Source: a bacterium (GTDB lineage: Bacteria > SZUA-182 > DTGQ01 > JAFGSM01). From it: a stretch of 64,000 bases of DNA. The translations under genes were made by a program, and so were the position numbers. Positions within the stretch are counted from its first letter, which is position 1; each line of letters starts with the position of its first letter. A model generated the notes under the pieces. It was given only the letters and a program-made list of their open reading frames with translations. It was not told the DNA's origin and ran no database searches. This document shows, in pieces, positions 27,817-37,800 of the stretch. The stretch spans positions 1-64,000 of the forward strand of contig JBLIRP010000004.1 in NCBI GenBank assembly GCA_049472355.1, in the 5' to 3' direction.

Positions 27817-29088
27817 ATGAGCAGGATCATCGTTCAGAAATACGGCGGTACTTCGGTCGGCTCCATCGAGCGGATAAAGGCGGTTGCCCACCGGGCGGTG
27901 AAGACCCACAGCGAGGGGCATCGCGTCCTGGTGGTGGTGTCCGCAATGAGCGGACAGACCGATCACCTCGTCAACCTTGCCTATGAAATCACGCCCCAGC
28001 CGAACGACCGGGAACTGGACATGCTGCTTGCCACCGGCGAGCAGGTGACCATCGCCCTGCTTGCCATGGCCATCCAGCACATGGGCGCCCCGGCCATCTC
28101 CATGACCGGATTTCAGGCGAATATCCTGACCGACATGGCTCACACCAAGGCCCGGATCATGGATATCCCCACGGACCGGCTGCTCAGGGAGTTCGAAAAG
28201 GGAAGGATCGTGATCGTGGCCGGGTTCCAGGGGGTCACCGCAAACGGCGACATCACCACCCTGGGCCGCGGGGGTTCGGACACCTCCGCGGTGGCCCTGG
28301 CAGCCGCGCTCAAGGCGGAACTGTGCGAGATCTACACCGACGTGGACGGGGTCTTCACCACCGATCCCAACATCGTGCCCGAGGCGCGCAAGATAGATCG
28401 CATCTCCTACGAGGAGATGCTGGAGATGGCGAGCCTCGGGGCCAAGGTGCTCCAGATCAGGTCGGTGGAGTTCGCCATGAAGTACGGGGTGACCATTCAT
28501 GTGCGCTCCAGCTTCAATGACAATCCGGGGACGATTGTCACCAAGGAGGAACCAGTAATGGAACAGGTGCTCGTGCAAGGGGTAACATACAGCAAAAACG
28601 AGGCGAAGCTGACGGTGATGGGGGTTCCGGACAGGCCGGGGATAGCCGCCACCATCTTTAATCACCTCTCCGAGGCGAATATCATCGTGGACATGATCAT
28701 CCAGAACGTGAGCGAGCAGGGGCTCGCGGACATCTCCTTCACCGTGTTGAAAAACGAGTGTGAAAAGGCGCTGCAGGTGATCAAGAGGCTGATCAAGGAC
28801 CCCCTGGACGCACGGGAGGTGCAGTGCGATGACAAGATCGCCAAGGTTTCCATCGTGGGCGTGGGCATGAAGAACCACTCCGGGGTGGCTGCCACGATGT
28901 TCGACACCCTCGCCAGGGAGGGGATCAACATCCTGATGATCTCCACCTCCGAGATCGCGATCTCGTGTGTGATCGATTCAAAGTATACCGAGCTGGCGGT
29001 CAGGTCGCTCCACGAGGCATTCGAGCTGGACAAGCCGCGGCCAAGCCCAAGCCATGCAGGGAGCAAGGAATGTCCGACAAGGTCTTGA
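27817..29088 (+). CDS. lysC: Aspartate kinase (with two C-terminal ACT domains)
   Basis: N-terminal [10 protein letters not shown] motif and [11 protein letters not shown]. The C-terminal ACT repeats are [20 protein letters not shown] and [22 protein letters not shown]. Confidence 0.9.
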   Translation: MSRIIVQKYGGTSVGSIERIKAVAHRAVKTHSEGHRVLVVVSAMSGQTDHLVNLAYEITPQPNDRELDMLLATGEQVTIALLAMAIQHMGAPAISMTGFQANILTDMAHTKARIMDIPTDRLLREFEKGRIVIVAGFQGVTANGDITTLGRGGSDTSAVALAAALKAELCEIYTDVDGVFTTDPNIVPEARKIDRISYEEMLEMASLGAKVLQIRSVEFAMKYGVTIHVRSSFNDNPGTIVTKEEPVMEQVLVQGVTYSKNEAKLTVMGVPDRPGIAATIFNHLSEANIIVDMIIQNVSEQGLADISFTVLKNECEKALQVIKRLIKDPLDAREVQCDDKIAKVSIVGVGMKNHSGVAATMFDTLAREGINILMISTSEIAISCVIDSKYTELAVRSLHEAFELDKPRPSPSHAGSKECPTRS

Positions 29089-30692
29089 TCTATGACACCA
29101 CCCTCAGGGATGGCACCCAGGCGGAGGGGGTGTCCCTGTCCGTGGAGGACAAGCTGAGGATAACCCGGAAACTCGACGAGATGGGCATCGATTACATCGA
29201 GGGGGGGTGGCCCAGTTCCAATCCCAAGGACATGCTCTTTTTCAAAAAGGTTAAGGACTACTCCTTCGCCCATACCAGGATCGCCGCCTTCTCCAGCACC
29301 CGGAATCCCAGGCATGCCATCGACAAGGATACCAACATCCAGGGGCTGCTGGAGGCCGAAACCACGGTAGTGACCATATTCGGGAAGAGCTGGGACCTCC
29401 ACGTGACCGATGCGCTCGGCATCCCGCTCGAGCAGAACCTGGACATCATCAGGGAAAGCGTGGCATATCTCAAGGCACGGGTTGCGGAGGTGATCTACGA
29501 CGCGGAGCACTTCTTCGACGGGTACAAAAGAAATCCCGCGTATGCGATGAAAAGCCTTCTCGCCGCAGAGGAGGGGGGCGCCGACTGCCTGGTGCTGTGC
29601 GATACGAACGGCGGCACCATGCCCTTTGACCTCGAGCGCATCATCGCCGACATCCAAAAAAGGGTACGCGCACCCCTGGGGATACATACCCACAATGACT
29701 CTGAGACCGCGGTGGCGAACTCTATCCTGGCGGTCACCATGGGGATCAGGCACGTGCAGGGCACCATCAACGGGTACGGGGAGCGGTGCGGGAACGCCAA
29801 CCTCTGCTCCATCATCCCCAATATCCAGCTCAAGATGGGATTGACCTGCATCAGCCCCGAGCAGCTCCGGCAACTGCGGGAGACCTCACGGTTCGTGAGC
29901 GAGATCGCCAACCTCAAGCACTGGGGACACCAGCCCTTCGTGGGGGACAGCGCCTTCGCCCACAAGGGGGGCATCCACGTGAGCGCCATCCGGAAAAACA
30001 AGCTGACCTACGAGCACATCGACCCGGAGCTGGTGGGCAATCACCAGCGTATCCTGGTGTCGGAGCTCTCCGGCCGAAGCAACGTGCTCTCCAAGGCGGC
30101 GGAATACCAGATCAACCTCGCCGCTGACCGGCCCGAGGTGCAGCGGCTGGTGAGGGAGCTGAAGGAGCTGGAAAACCAGGGCTTCCAGTTCGAGGGTGCG
30201 GAGGCGTCCTTCGAGCTCCTGATGCGCAAGGTACTCGGGACCTACAGCCCGTACTTCGACCTGGTGGGGTTCAGGGTAATCGTGGAGCGCAGGGAGGGGG
30301 ACGAGCAGACCCGGTCCGAGGCAACCATCAAGGTCAAGGTAAAGGGGATCGAGGAGCATACGGCCGCGGATGGAAACGGCCCGGTGAACGCCCTCGACAA
30401 CGCCCTTCGCAAGGCGCTGGAGGAATTCTTTCCCGATCTGAGGGAGGTCAACCTGATCGATTACAAGGTCAGGATACTGGAGGGACGGGAAGGAACGGGT
30501 GCACGGACACGGGTGCTGATCGAATCCGCCGACCCGGACAACAAGTGGGGCACCGTGGGGGTCTCCGACAACATCATCGAGGCGAGCTGGCAGGCGCTCG
30601 TGGACAGCATCGAATACAAGCTGCTCAAGGACGAAGACCTGGCGAGCCGGGCAAATGACTGCGAGAGGACTGATCCGGATCAGTCCTCGTGA
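29070..30692 (+). CDS. cimA: (R)-citramalate synthase (LeuA/CimA family). The start is the Met at 29070 rather than the upstream ORF extension.
   Basis: [27 protein letters not shown], plus [13 protein letters not shown] and the C-terminal regulatory domain. The ~540-aa length matches CimA (TIGR00977-like). Confidence 0.8.
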   Translation: MSDKVLIYDTTLRDGTQAEGVSLSVEDKLRITRKLDEMGIDYIEGGWPSSNPKDMLFFKKVKDYSFAHTRIAAFSSTRNPRHAIDKDTNIQGLLEAETTVVTIFGKSWDLHVTDALGIPLEQNLDIIRESVAYLKARVAEVIYDAEHFFDGYKRNPAYAMKSLLAAEEGGADCLVLCDTNGGTMPFDLERIIADIQKRVRAPLGIHTHNDSETAVANSILAVTMGIRHVQGTINGYGERCGNANLCSIIPNIQLKMGLTCISPEQLRQLRETSRFVSEIANLKHWGHQPFVGDSAFAHKGGIHVSAIRKNKLTYEHIDPELVGNHQRILVSELSGRSNVLSKAAEYQINLAADRPEVQRLVRELKELENQGFQFEGAEASFELLMRKVLGTYSPYFDLVGFRVIVERREGDEQTRSEATIKVKVKGIEEHTAADGNGPVNALDNALRKALEEFFPDLREVNLIDYKVRILEGREGTGARTRVLIESADPDNKWGTVGVSDNIIEASWQALVDSIEYKLLKDEDLASRANDCERTDPDQSS

Positions 30693-30885
30693 CCACAGGC
30701 AATTATACATTCCATGGTCACTCATTCAGTTTTGTTTTTACCACAGAGGGCGCAGAGAGATTTAATAGCTCCGTGTTCTCGGTGTATTTGTGGTTAATTT
30801 AAAAGGGCAGTCTATGCCCGATGCGAGTGTAACGTTGCAGACGCCATCCACCGGCATGGTTTTGGCTTCAGCGGTTATGTGACAC

Positions 30886-31797
30886 ATGAAATACCAGGCA
30901 ACCGGGATCTCCCTATCCGAGTATCTGAGGGGCAGGCAGGAAACCATCAATGCATGGCTTATCCGGCTCTTACCCCCTGTGGATGCATTTCCCCCCACCA
31001 TCCACCGATCCATGCACTATTCGATTACTGCAGGGGGAAAGCGCCTGAGGCCGATCCTCGCCATCGCCGCCTCCGAAGCAATGGGAGGAGGGATGCAAAC
31101 GGTGCTTCCCTTTGCCTGTGCCGTGGAGATGGTCCATACCTATTCCCTCATCCACGACGACCTGCCCGCCATGGACAACGACGACCTGCGGCGCGGAAAG
31201 CCCACAAGCCACAAGGTATTCGGTGAAGGGATCGCCATCCTGGCGGGGGATGCACTCCTCACCCACGCATTCATCACCATGAGCAGGCCGGACCTGGGGG
31301 GAGACATCGATTCGGGAATCCGCCTGAGGATCATCCACGAGCTTGCCCATGCCTCGGGCACCGAGGGGATGATCGGCGGGCAGGTGCTGGACCTGGAGGC
31401 ACAGGGGAGGTCCCTCTCGATCGAGGAACTTGCCGTAATCCACCGGCTCAAAACCGGGCGTCTCATCAGGGCGTCGGTGCGGATCGGCGCCATGGCGGCA
31501 GGCGCCGGGGAGAAGGAGATTGAATCCATGTCCGCGTACGGCGAGCACCTCGGCCTCGCCTTCCAGATCATGGACGATCTTTTGGACATCGAGGGCTCGG
31601 AGGAGGTCATGGGAAAGACATCAAAGAGCGACCTGGCCAATCACAAGTCCACCTACCCCGCCCTCATGGGCATCGACGCATCGCGGGTGAAGGCACGGGA
31701 ATCCATCGAGCAGGCGCTCGACGTACTTGCCCCGTTCGGCCTGCGCGCGGATCCCTTGCGTGAGCTTGCCCGTTACACCATAACCAGAGAGAAATAG
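30886..31797 (+). CDS. ispA: Polyprenyl synthetase (farnesyl/geranyl diphosphate synthase)
   Basis: First and second Asp-rich motifs LIHDDLPAMDNDDLRRGKPT and FQIMDDLLD. Confidence 0.85.
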   Translation: MKYQATGISLSEYLRGRQETINAWLIRLLPPVDAFPPTIHRSMHYSITAGGKRLRPILAIAASEAMGGGMQTVLPFACAVEMVHTYSLIHDDLPAMDNDDLRRGKPTSHKVFGEGIAILAGDALLTHAFITMSRPDLGGDIDSGIRLRIIHELAHASGTEGMIGGQVLDLEAQGRSLSIEELAVIHRLKTGRLIRASVRIGAMAAGAGEKEIESMSAYGEHLGLAFQIMDDLLDIEGSEEVMGKTSKSDLANHKSTYPALMGIDASRVKARESIEQALDVLAPFGLRADPLRELARYTITREK

Positions 31798-31799
31798 GC

Positions 31800-33692
31800 A
31801 TGGACACACTCCTTTCCCGGATCGAGGGTCCCGAAGACCTCAAAGACATCCCCGTTGCGGATTTACCTTCGGTCGCCGAGGAGATACGGGACCTCATCAT
31901 CGCCACGGTGTCGAAACGGGGGGGACACCTCGCCTCCAGCCTAGGGGTGGTTGAACTGGCCATTGCCCTCCTCTACTGCTACGACACCCCGCAGGACAAG
32001 ATCATATGGGACGTGGGACACCAGTGCTATGCCCACAAGATCCTCACCGGCAGGAGGGATCGATTCTGCACCCTCAGGGACTACGCGGGCATCAGCGGAT
32101 TCCCCAAGTGCGAGGAGAGCCCCTATGACTGCTTCAACACCGGTCACAGCAGCACCTCCATCTCCGCAGGGCTGGGCATGGCGGTGGCCCGGGACCTCCA
32201 TGAACAAGACTACAAGATCGTCTGCGTCATCGGCGACGGCGCCATGACCGCCGGGATGGCATTCGAGGGCCTCAACCAGGCCGGTGCACTGAAGAAGGAC
32301 CTGTGCGTCATCCTGAACGACAACGCCATGTCCATATCGAAAAACGTGGGCGCCCTTGCCACCTATCTGAATCGCATCATCACCGGCCAGCTCTATAACC
32401 GCATCAAGGAGGACATGGAGACCGTACTCCGCTCCATCCCCCAGGTGGGTGCATCCATCTTCAAGTTCGCCGCCAAGATGGACGAGGCGGTCAAATCACT
32501 CTTCATCCCCGGCATCATGTTCGAGGAGCTGGGATTCAAATACGTGGGCCCCGTGGACGGGCACTCCCTGCCGAACCTCATCGACACCCTCAATGCGGTG
32601 AGGAAGCTGCGGCGTCCCATCCTGCTCCACGTGATCACCACCAAGGGGAAGGGATACAACCCGGCGGAGGAAAACGCCTCCTCCTTTCACAGCGCCCTTC
32701 CCTTCAGCATCGAATCGGGCAGATTCGAGCGGGGAGAGGGTTCGAGCATCACCTTTACCGAGGCATTCTCACAGGCCGTCTGCAGCCTGGCGGAACATGA
32801 CGAACGGATATGCGCCATCACCGCGGCAATGCCGGAGGGGACCGGCTTGGACCGTTTCGGGGAGCGGTTTCCACAGCGCTTCTTCGATGTGGGGATTGCG
32901 GAGCAGCATGCCCTGACCTTTGCCGCAGGCATGGCCACCCAGGGTATGAGACCGGTGGTGGCGATGTATTCCACCTTCCTGCAGCGGGGCTATGATCAGG
33001 TACTCCACGACATCTGTCTCCAGGGTCTTCCGGTATGCATCGCCCTGGACAGGGCAGGCATCGTGGGACGGGATGGTCCCACCCACAACGGCGTCTTCGA
33101 CCTCTCCTACCTGCGCCACCTGCCCAATATGATCCTCATGGCGCCGAAGGACGGGGATGAACTGGCGAGGATGCTCGCCACCGCCCTCGCGAGCAATCAG
33201 CCGGTCGCAATCCGGTACCCAAAGGAACGCACCAATGCTGATACGCTCCATGGGACCTTTGAGCCGCTTCCCATAGGCAAAGGAGAGGTCCTCAAGGAGG
33301 GGAAGGACTGCCTGCTGGTGGCCATCGGCTCCATGGCTTCCATGGCGCTCAAGGCGGCGGAAATCCTGGAGAGTGAAGGAATAGAGGCAACGGTGGTGAA
33401 CGCACGGTTCGTAAAGCCGCTGGACAGGGAGATCATCTGCGCCCTTGCTCAAAAGACGGGAAACGTCATCACCATAGAGGAAAACGTCCTGGCGGGGGGA
33501 TTCGGGAGCGCCGTCATGGAGATGCTCAATGAGGAGGGACTGGCCCAGGCTGTTCGGGTCTTTTGTATGGGTATTCCGGACACCTTTTCCCCGGCGGGCT
33601 CCCAGGAGAAGATACGCGGCCTGTACGGCCTCACCCCGAAGGGCATCGCCAAGTTCTGCCGCGGCGTGATCGCTCAAACCAAACTTTGTTAG
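31800..33692 (+). CDS. dxs: 1-deoxy-D-xylulose-5-phosphate synthase
   Basis: 630 aa with the TPP-binding motif GDGAMTAGMAFEGLNQAG and a transketolase-like C-terminal domain. It lies immediately downstream of ispA, a common arrangement. Confidence 0.95.
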   Translation: MDTLLSRIEGPEDLKDIPVADLPSVAEEIRDLIIATVSKRGGHLASSLGVVELAIALLYCYDTPQDKIIWDVGHQCYAHKILTGRRDRFCTLRDYAGISGFPKCEESPYDCFNTGHSSTSISAGLGMAVARDLHEQDYKIVCVIGDGAMTAGMAFEGLNQAGALKKDLCVILNDNAMSISKNVGALATYLNRIITGQLYNRIKEDMETVLRSIPQVGASIFKFAAKMDEAVKSLFIPGIMFEELGFKYVGPVDGHSLPNLIDTLNAVRKLRRPILLHVITTKGKGYNPAEENASSFHSALPFSIESGRFERGEGSSITFTEAFSQAVCSLAEHDERICAITAAMPEGTGLDRFGERFPQRFFDVGIAEQHALTFAAGMATQGMRPVVAMYSTFLQRGYDQVLHDICLQGLPVCIALDRAGIVGRDGPTHNGVFDLSYLRHLPNMILMAPKDGDELARMLATALASNQPVAIRYPKERTNADTLHGTFEPLPIGKGEVLKEGKDCLLVAIGSMASMALKAAEILESEGIEATVVNARFVKPLDREIICALAQKTGNVITIEENVLAGGFGSAVMEMLNEEGLAQAVRVFCMGIPDTFSPAGSQEKIRGLYGLTPKGIAKFCRGVIAQTKLC

Positions 33693-34076
33693 GGCGCAGC
33701 GTAAGCGAAGGCTCAAACCAAGCTTGCCAGGGCGGAGCGCAGCGGAGCCACTATGCTCCCCTTCCAATCCACCAAAAGGCCTTGCGACAACACCTTTAAA
33801 AAGCTTGCCAGGGCGGAGCGCAGCGGAGCCACTATGCTCCCCTTTCCATTCTCCCAAAAGGCCCGCAACTCCGCCTTTAAAAAGCTCCTCAGGCCTGGCG
33901 CAGCAAAGCTAATCGATCTCTTCCTATCACACAAAGGCAGCGTCTGGAATATCTACCTTTCCTTTGGGATCACAATCGCAATCACATCAGGCAGGCTGGC
34001 GAATATCTGCCCTGTCAACAGCGGGATTCGTAGAGCCATTGATAAATAATATGTAATTGATTATATTTGTAATATA
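33674..34076. repeat. Composite repeat element, copy 1. Partial unit overlaps the dxs stop, then two tandem ~82-bp units, a spacer, and a ~170-bp conserved module ending in a sigma70-like promoter.
   Basis: Units: aagcttgccagggcggagcgcagcggagccactatgctccccttccaatccaccaaaaggccttgcgacaacacctttaaaa, present twice. The module 33930-34076 is about 85-90% identical to 41090-41246. Confidence 0.85.
34040..34068 (+). promoter_or_regulatory. Near-consensus sigma70 promoter TTGATA-17nt-TATATT at the 3' end of the repeat module. It faces the hypothetical ORF and giant-protein gene.
   Basis: The -35 TTGATA is at 34040-34045 and the -10 TATATT at 34063-34068, with exactly 17-nt spacing. The identical promoter is found at 41207-41235. 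Confidence 0.5.
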
Positions 34077-34126
34077 CCTGAGATTGCTTCGGCTCTCGCC
34101 GTGCGCTTTGCTCGGGGCTTCTGCTA

Positions 34127-34236
34127 CACCGCCATGATCTTCTGATCACAACGAAGCATGAACGTTTTTAGAAACAAGTGATTATTTGAAAACCTTCACA
34201 TAAACCGCCATGATCTAGCGATCACAACGAAGGATG
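34127..34236. repeat. Two 34-bp direct repeats (ACCGCCATGATCTnnnGATCACAACGAAGnATGA) separated by 76 bp
   Basis: Copies are at 34127-34160 and 34203-34236. Each contains an internal TGATC...GATCA inverted repeat. Confidence 0.7.
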
Positions 34237-34359
34237 AAAATAAATAAAACAAAGGGCTGTTAAATTATTTTCTTATAAACGCAATGGCATCTTGGGGACC
34301 CCGTATCGAGTCGTCAAGGGCACCATTATAGAAAAAAATTACTGAATCGGAAAAGATAA

Positions 34360-34767
34360 ATGCCCTGGAGCAGGCGAAACGATTGCGAAATCCCTCTTTC
34401 TCGGACAGTTGCCGAAACCGAGGTTGAATGTTACGAAAAAGATGGATTACAGGAGAGGATAGATCTTTTAGGATATAGACACCGGAATCTCATTACGATT
34501 TTTGATGGTAAGATGTCGAATGTCATTGATTTCACAAACATAGTTGATCCGACCTGTTTTGATAGGCGTGACCCTGGTGGAACTGCATCACGTGCTTATT
34601 TACTGCGAAGTCAAAAAAACTGTTTATCCTCTTCCGGGGATTCCATTTTTTGCAGGGTGTTTGGGCGCTTATACCGTGGCGACCGAGGAATCTCTTCAGA
34701 AGAGACAATTTTTTCAATGACTCTCCATAGATCTGCCAGTAACAATTTTATTCCTTCCTTGCTTTAG
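34360..34767 (+). CDS. Hypothetical protein (135 aa)
   Basis: ORF between the promoter module and the giant gene. No recognisable domain and lower GC than neighbours. Confidence 0.25.
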   Translation: MPWSRRNDCEIPLSRTVAETEVECYEKDGLQERIDLLGYRHRNLITIFDGKMSNVIDFTNIVDPTCFDRRDPGGTASRAYLLRSQKNCLSSSGDSIFCRVFGRLYRGDRGISSEETIFSMTLHRSASNNFIPSLL

Positions 34768-34802
34768 CTTTTCCTTGTTTTAACAAAGTTAAGGGGGCAT
34801 AT

Positions 34803-37800
34803 ATGGCTTCAAAAAACCGTCATAAAAAAATCAGTTTCATAACCTTGGCAGGCTCGATTCTTCTTCTGTTTTTCTGGGTAAATACTTCCCGGGCGCAAAC
34901 GGCTGCCGAATACATTGCACAGGGGAGGGCGCATCTCTCACAGCATACGATGGAAGGTCTCATGAATGCCCATTCGAAATTTCAGGCAGCACTGGTGATT
35001 GAACCCAATAATCCAGAGGCCAATTTTTTCTTTTCGCTCACTCGCCTGCCTGCACTTTTGGATAATTCCGCATCATATACCGATGGTTTTCCCATTGAAA
35101 ATGCCAAGGAACTCTTGGATGGTCTTGATGTGGATGCGGAAGGGAGGGACCTCTTTGAATGGGAAGCCAAATTCACTGAAGACGGCAGCGGGGATGTCCT
35201 TTTGCCTTCTGATTCCCCCACAGGTGATGTAGTTCAGGATTTTTTAACATCTGTCATCATGTCCGAGATTGAAGGGGTACTTACCGATCTCACCAATTTG
35301 GATGCGACATTTACTACCGTGTTGACCGCTTCGGAGACCGGAGAGGAACAAGATATTGAGATCGATTATGGGGATATCCTTTTGTACCGATCCCTACTGA
35401 ATGTCGCCAAGATGGGGCTCTCTTTCATATCCGCCTACGACATGGATGTGGATATCGATACCTTAGTGAATATGAACAGCGAGCTTTTTGATGTGGACGA
35501 GGATCTTCTCGATGTTTATCCGAACCTGTTGACACTGCTCTTGGATGGCGACGATCTCATGGCTGATGCAGGGAATGCCCTGCTCTCGGCCATTGATGCC
35601 TTTGATGAGGCCTCTTTGTTCATTCAGGAGACAGAAACGGACAACCAGGAGGACGATCTTGTCACCCCTGATGAAATAGCCGGAGGTGGTGATTTCAAAT
35701 GCAAACCAATAGTGGAACAGATCAAAGGCTCCCTGGTGAACAAGGAGCCTGCAGACCTTTCGCGCATTGAGGAAACCTGGGAATTGACGGATGATCATGG
35801 AAATACCATCCTTATGAGAATAGAAAAAGACCATGCCGGCAATTTCCTGGGCGGGGACTTTCACGGCATCGATGGTTGCAGTTTTCTGGCCTGCCGCGGA
35901 TGGGTTGAAGACTTCTCAATGGTGGACTCAAATATAGTCATCACCACTGCATGCGGGGGCGGGTGTCCTTGCTCAGCCATACTCGAAGGTCGGATGAACG
36001 AAGATGGGACGCGAATCATTTCAGGGACGTATCTGTCGCAGGATTGTCTCGAAACTGTATCCGGGACCTTTACCGGACTAAGGACCGAATATGAAGAGAC
36101 TCCTATGAGGATTGATGTGAGCGAGTTCTTTGACGACCCCATCAGCATCCGGGATTATCTGCCTGGGCTTACCCATGATCCATACACACGTGAGATCATG
36201 CTGGCAAAAAGTCTTATGGAGTCTTTCCCGGACCGGACCCTGTCGGGCATCTTTCCTGACGGATTGCCGGTCGAAGGATTCGGGCTCGATCTGGTCACGA
36301 TCCGAGGGGGAAGCGCATCCGGGGGGTCTTCTTACGGCGTTGCTTCATGCCTTGTGTGGGGCCTTGCCCCCTGGGATATCGAGTCCCTCACCATTTATGG
36401 TCCTCTGGGTTTGCAGTATGAATTTGATCTGGAAAAGGACACCATGGTGTTTTACAAATACGGGATGATGTATAACGTTAGTGCTCCTTCCTATCCGCCT
36501 GAAGGGTGGTATGAATTTGTTTTGATCGACAAACAGGGTCGAAGCGTATCTGCAGGCAGATATTTCACCCCCAATCCCATCGATGTGGTGGATATAGCAA
36601 CAGGCGAATCTCCCGCAGACAAGGCCTATGTAAACACCCTGACGCCTGCCTTGAACTGGTCGCCTGTGACGGATGAACGGATTGATACGCTATATTACAG
36701 GGTGAATATCATGGACTGGAATGGGAAGGTCAATGTCTATTCATCCGACAGGGTTGCAGGCACGACAATAACGGTGCCGGCGGGTATCCTGATGCCCAAC
36801 GAGGTCTATCAATGGAATGTTCGGGTATTTGACAGCGCGAACGGCACCAGTGCGAATAATTTTTCTTCCAGTGATTGGAAGGTCTTTTGCACAGGCGGTG
36901 AAAACGATCCGCTGAATATCGAATTGGCCTTTGTTCATAGCAGGGTGGAGCCAGATGATATGCATGACATGACCCTTTTTGCCATCGATATAGACGGGCC
37001 TGCACCCTATGATATCGGCTCCCTGGCAGTGTCAGGCCCGGGAGGATTCTCGCATACCTTCGACCCCATCGATGATTACCATTCCGATATCTACCTGCAC
37101 CACGAAGACGGTATCCTTACGGACGGGACCTATACCTTTACTATTGTGGATGATCGAGACGGCAACACACTGTCTGTTGACCGGGATTTTACTTTCAATC
37201 GCCTGCCCGTCCCTGAAGAGCTGCATACCCCATCCTTTGAGTCATATGTCCGGACGACCACGCCAACCTTCAGCTGGAGCAGGGCACATGACGAGACGGT
37301 GGATCCCCTCTCCTATCGGGTGATGATCTATGATTATAATCATAACATTATTTACAAATCTCCTCGCTCCCCGGAGACATCCGCAACGGTTCCCCCGGAT
37401 TGCTTGAAAATCCATAACCCCTATTTCTGGCGCGTTCAGGTGTTTGATGGGACCTCCACGATTCAAAACAGCGCGGTTACGAATATGATGCCCTTTTATG
37501 TTGTAGCGGACAATCCACCTTCGATCATTTCAGGACAGATTGAGACAGGGATGAGCGGTTATACGGGCGGCGATATCTTCGTCTGCGTGTTCGATCAGGC
37601 CCTGCAACCTCTTGCATCTCCCCTCTTCTGTGTCACCCTTTCCGATATAGGTTCGTATACCCTGTATGACCCGCCTACCAATACGGATCTTTATATCTAT
37701 GCCCTCTGGGACAAGGACGGGAGTGATTGTTACACAGCCGGTGACTGGGCGGGGATATACGCTGAAAATCCGGTTGTGCTCGACGACGGCGGTATTTTTA

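Noticed and set aside
27682-29873. Two ~400-aa minus-strand ORFs opposite lysC and cimA
   Set aside because: Shadow ORFs (His/Gly/Pro/Asp-rich), antisense to well-supported biosynthetic genes.
32769-33857. 362-aa minus-strand ORF opposite dxs, running into the repeat region
   Set aside because: Antisense to dxs. The apparent extension into the repeat is caused by the lack of stops in the GC-rich repeat units.
33700-33912. Possibility that the tandem ~82-bp units are a CRISPR array or encode a repetitive peptide (LPGRSAAEPLCSP...)
   Set aside because: The units abut directly with no unique spacers, and no cas genes are nearby. The translated frames differ between copies, and copy 2 is degenerate at the protein level but conserved at the DNA and hairpin level. 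This favours a non-coding repeat.
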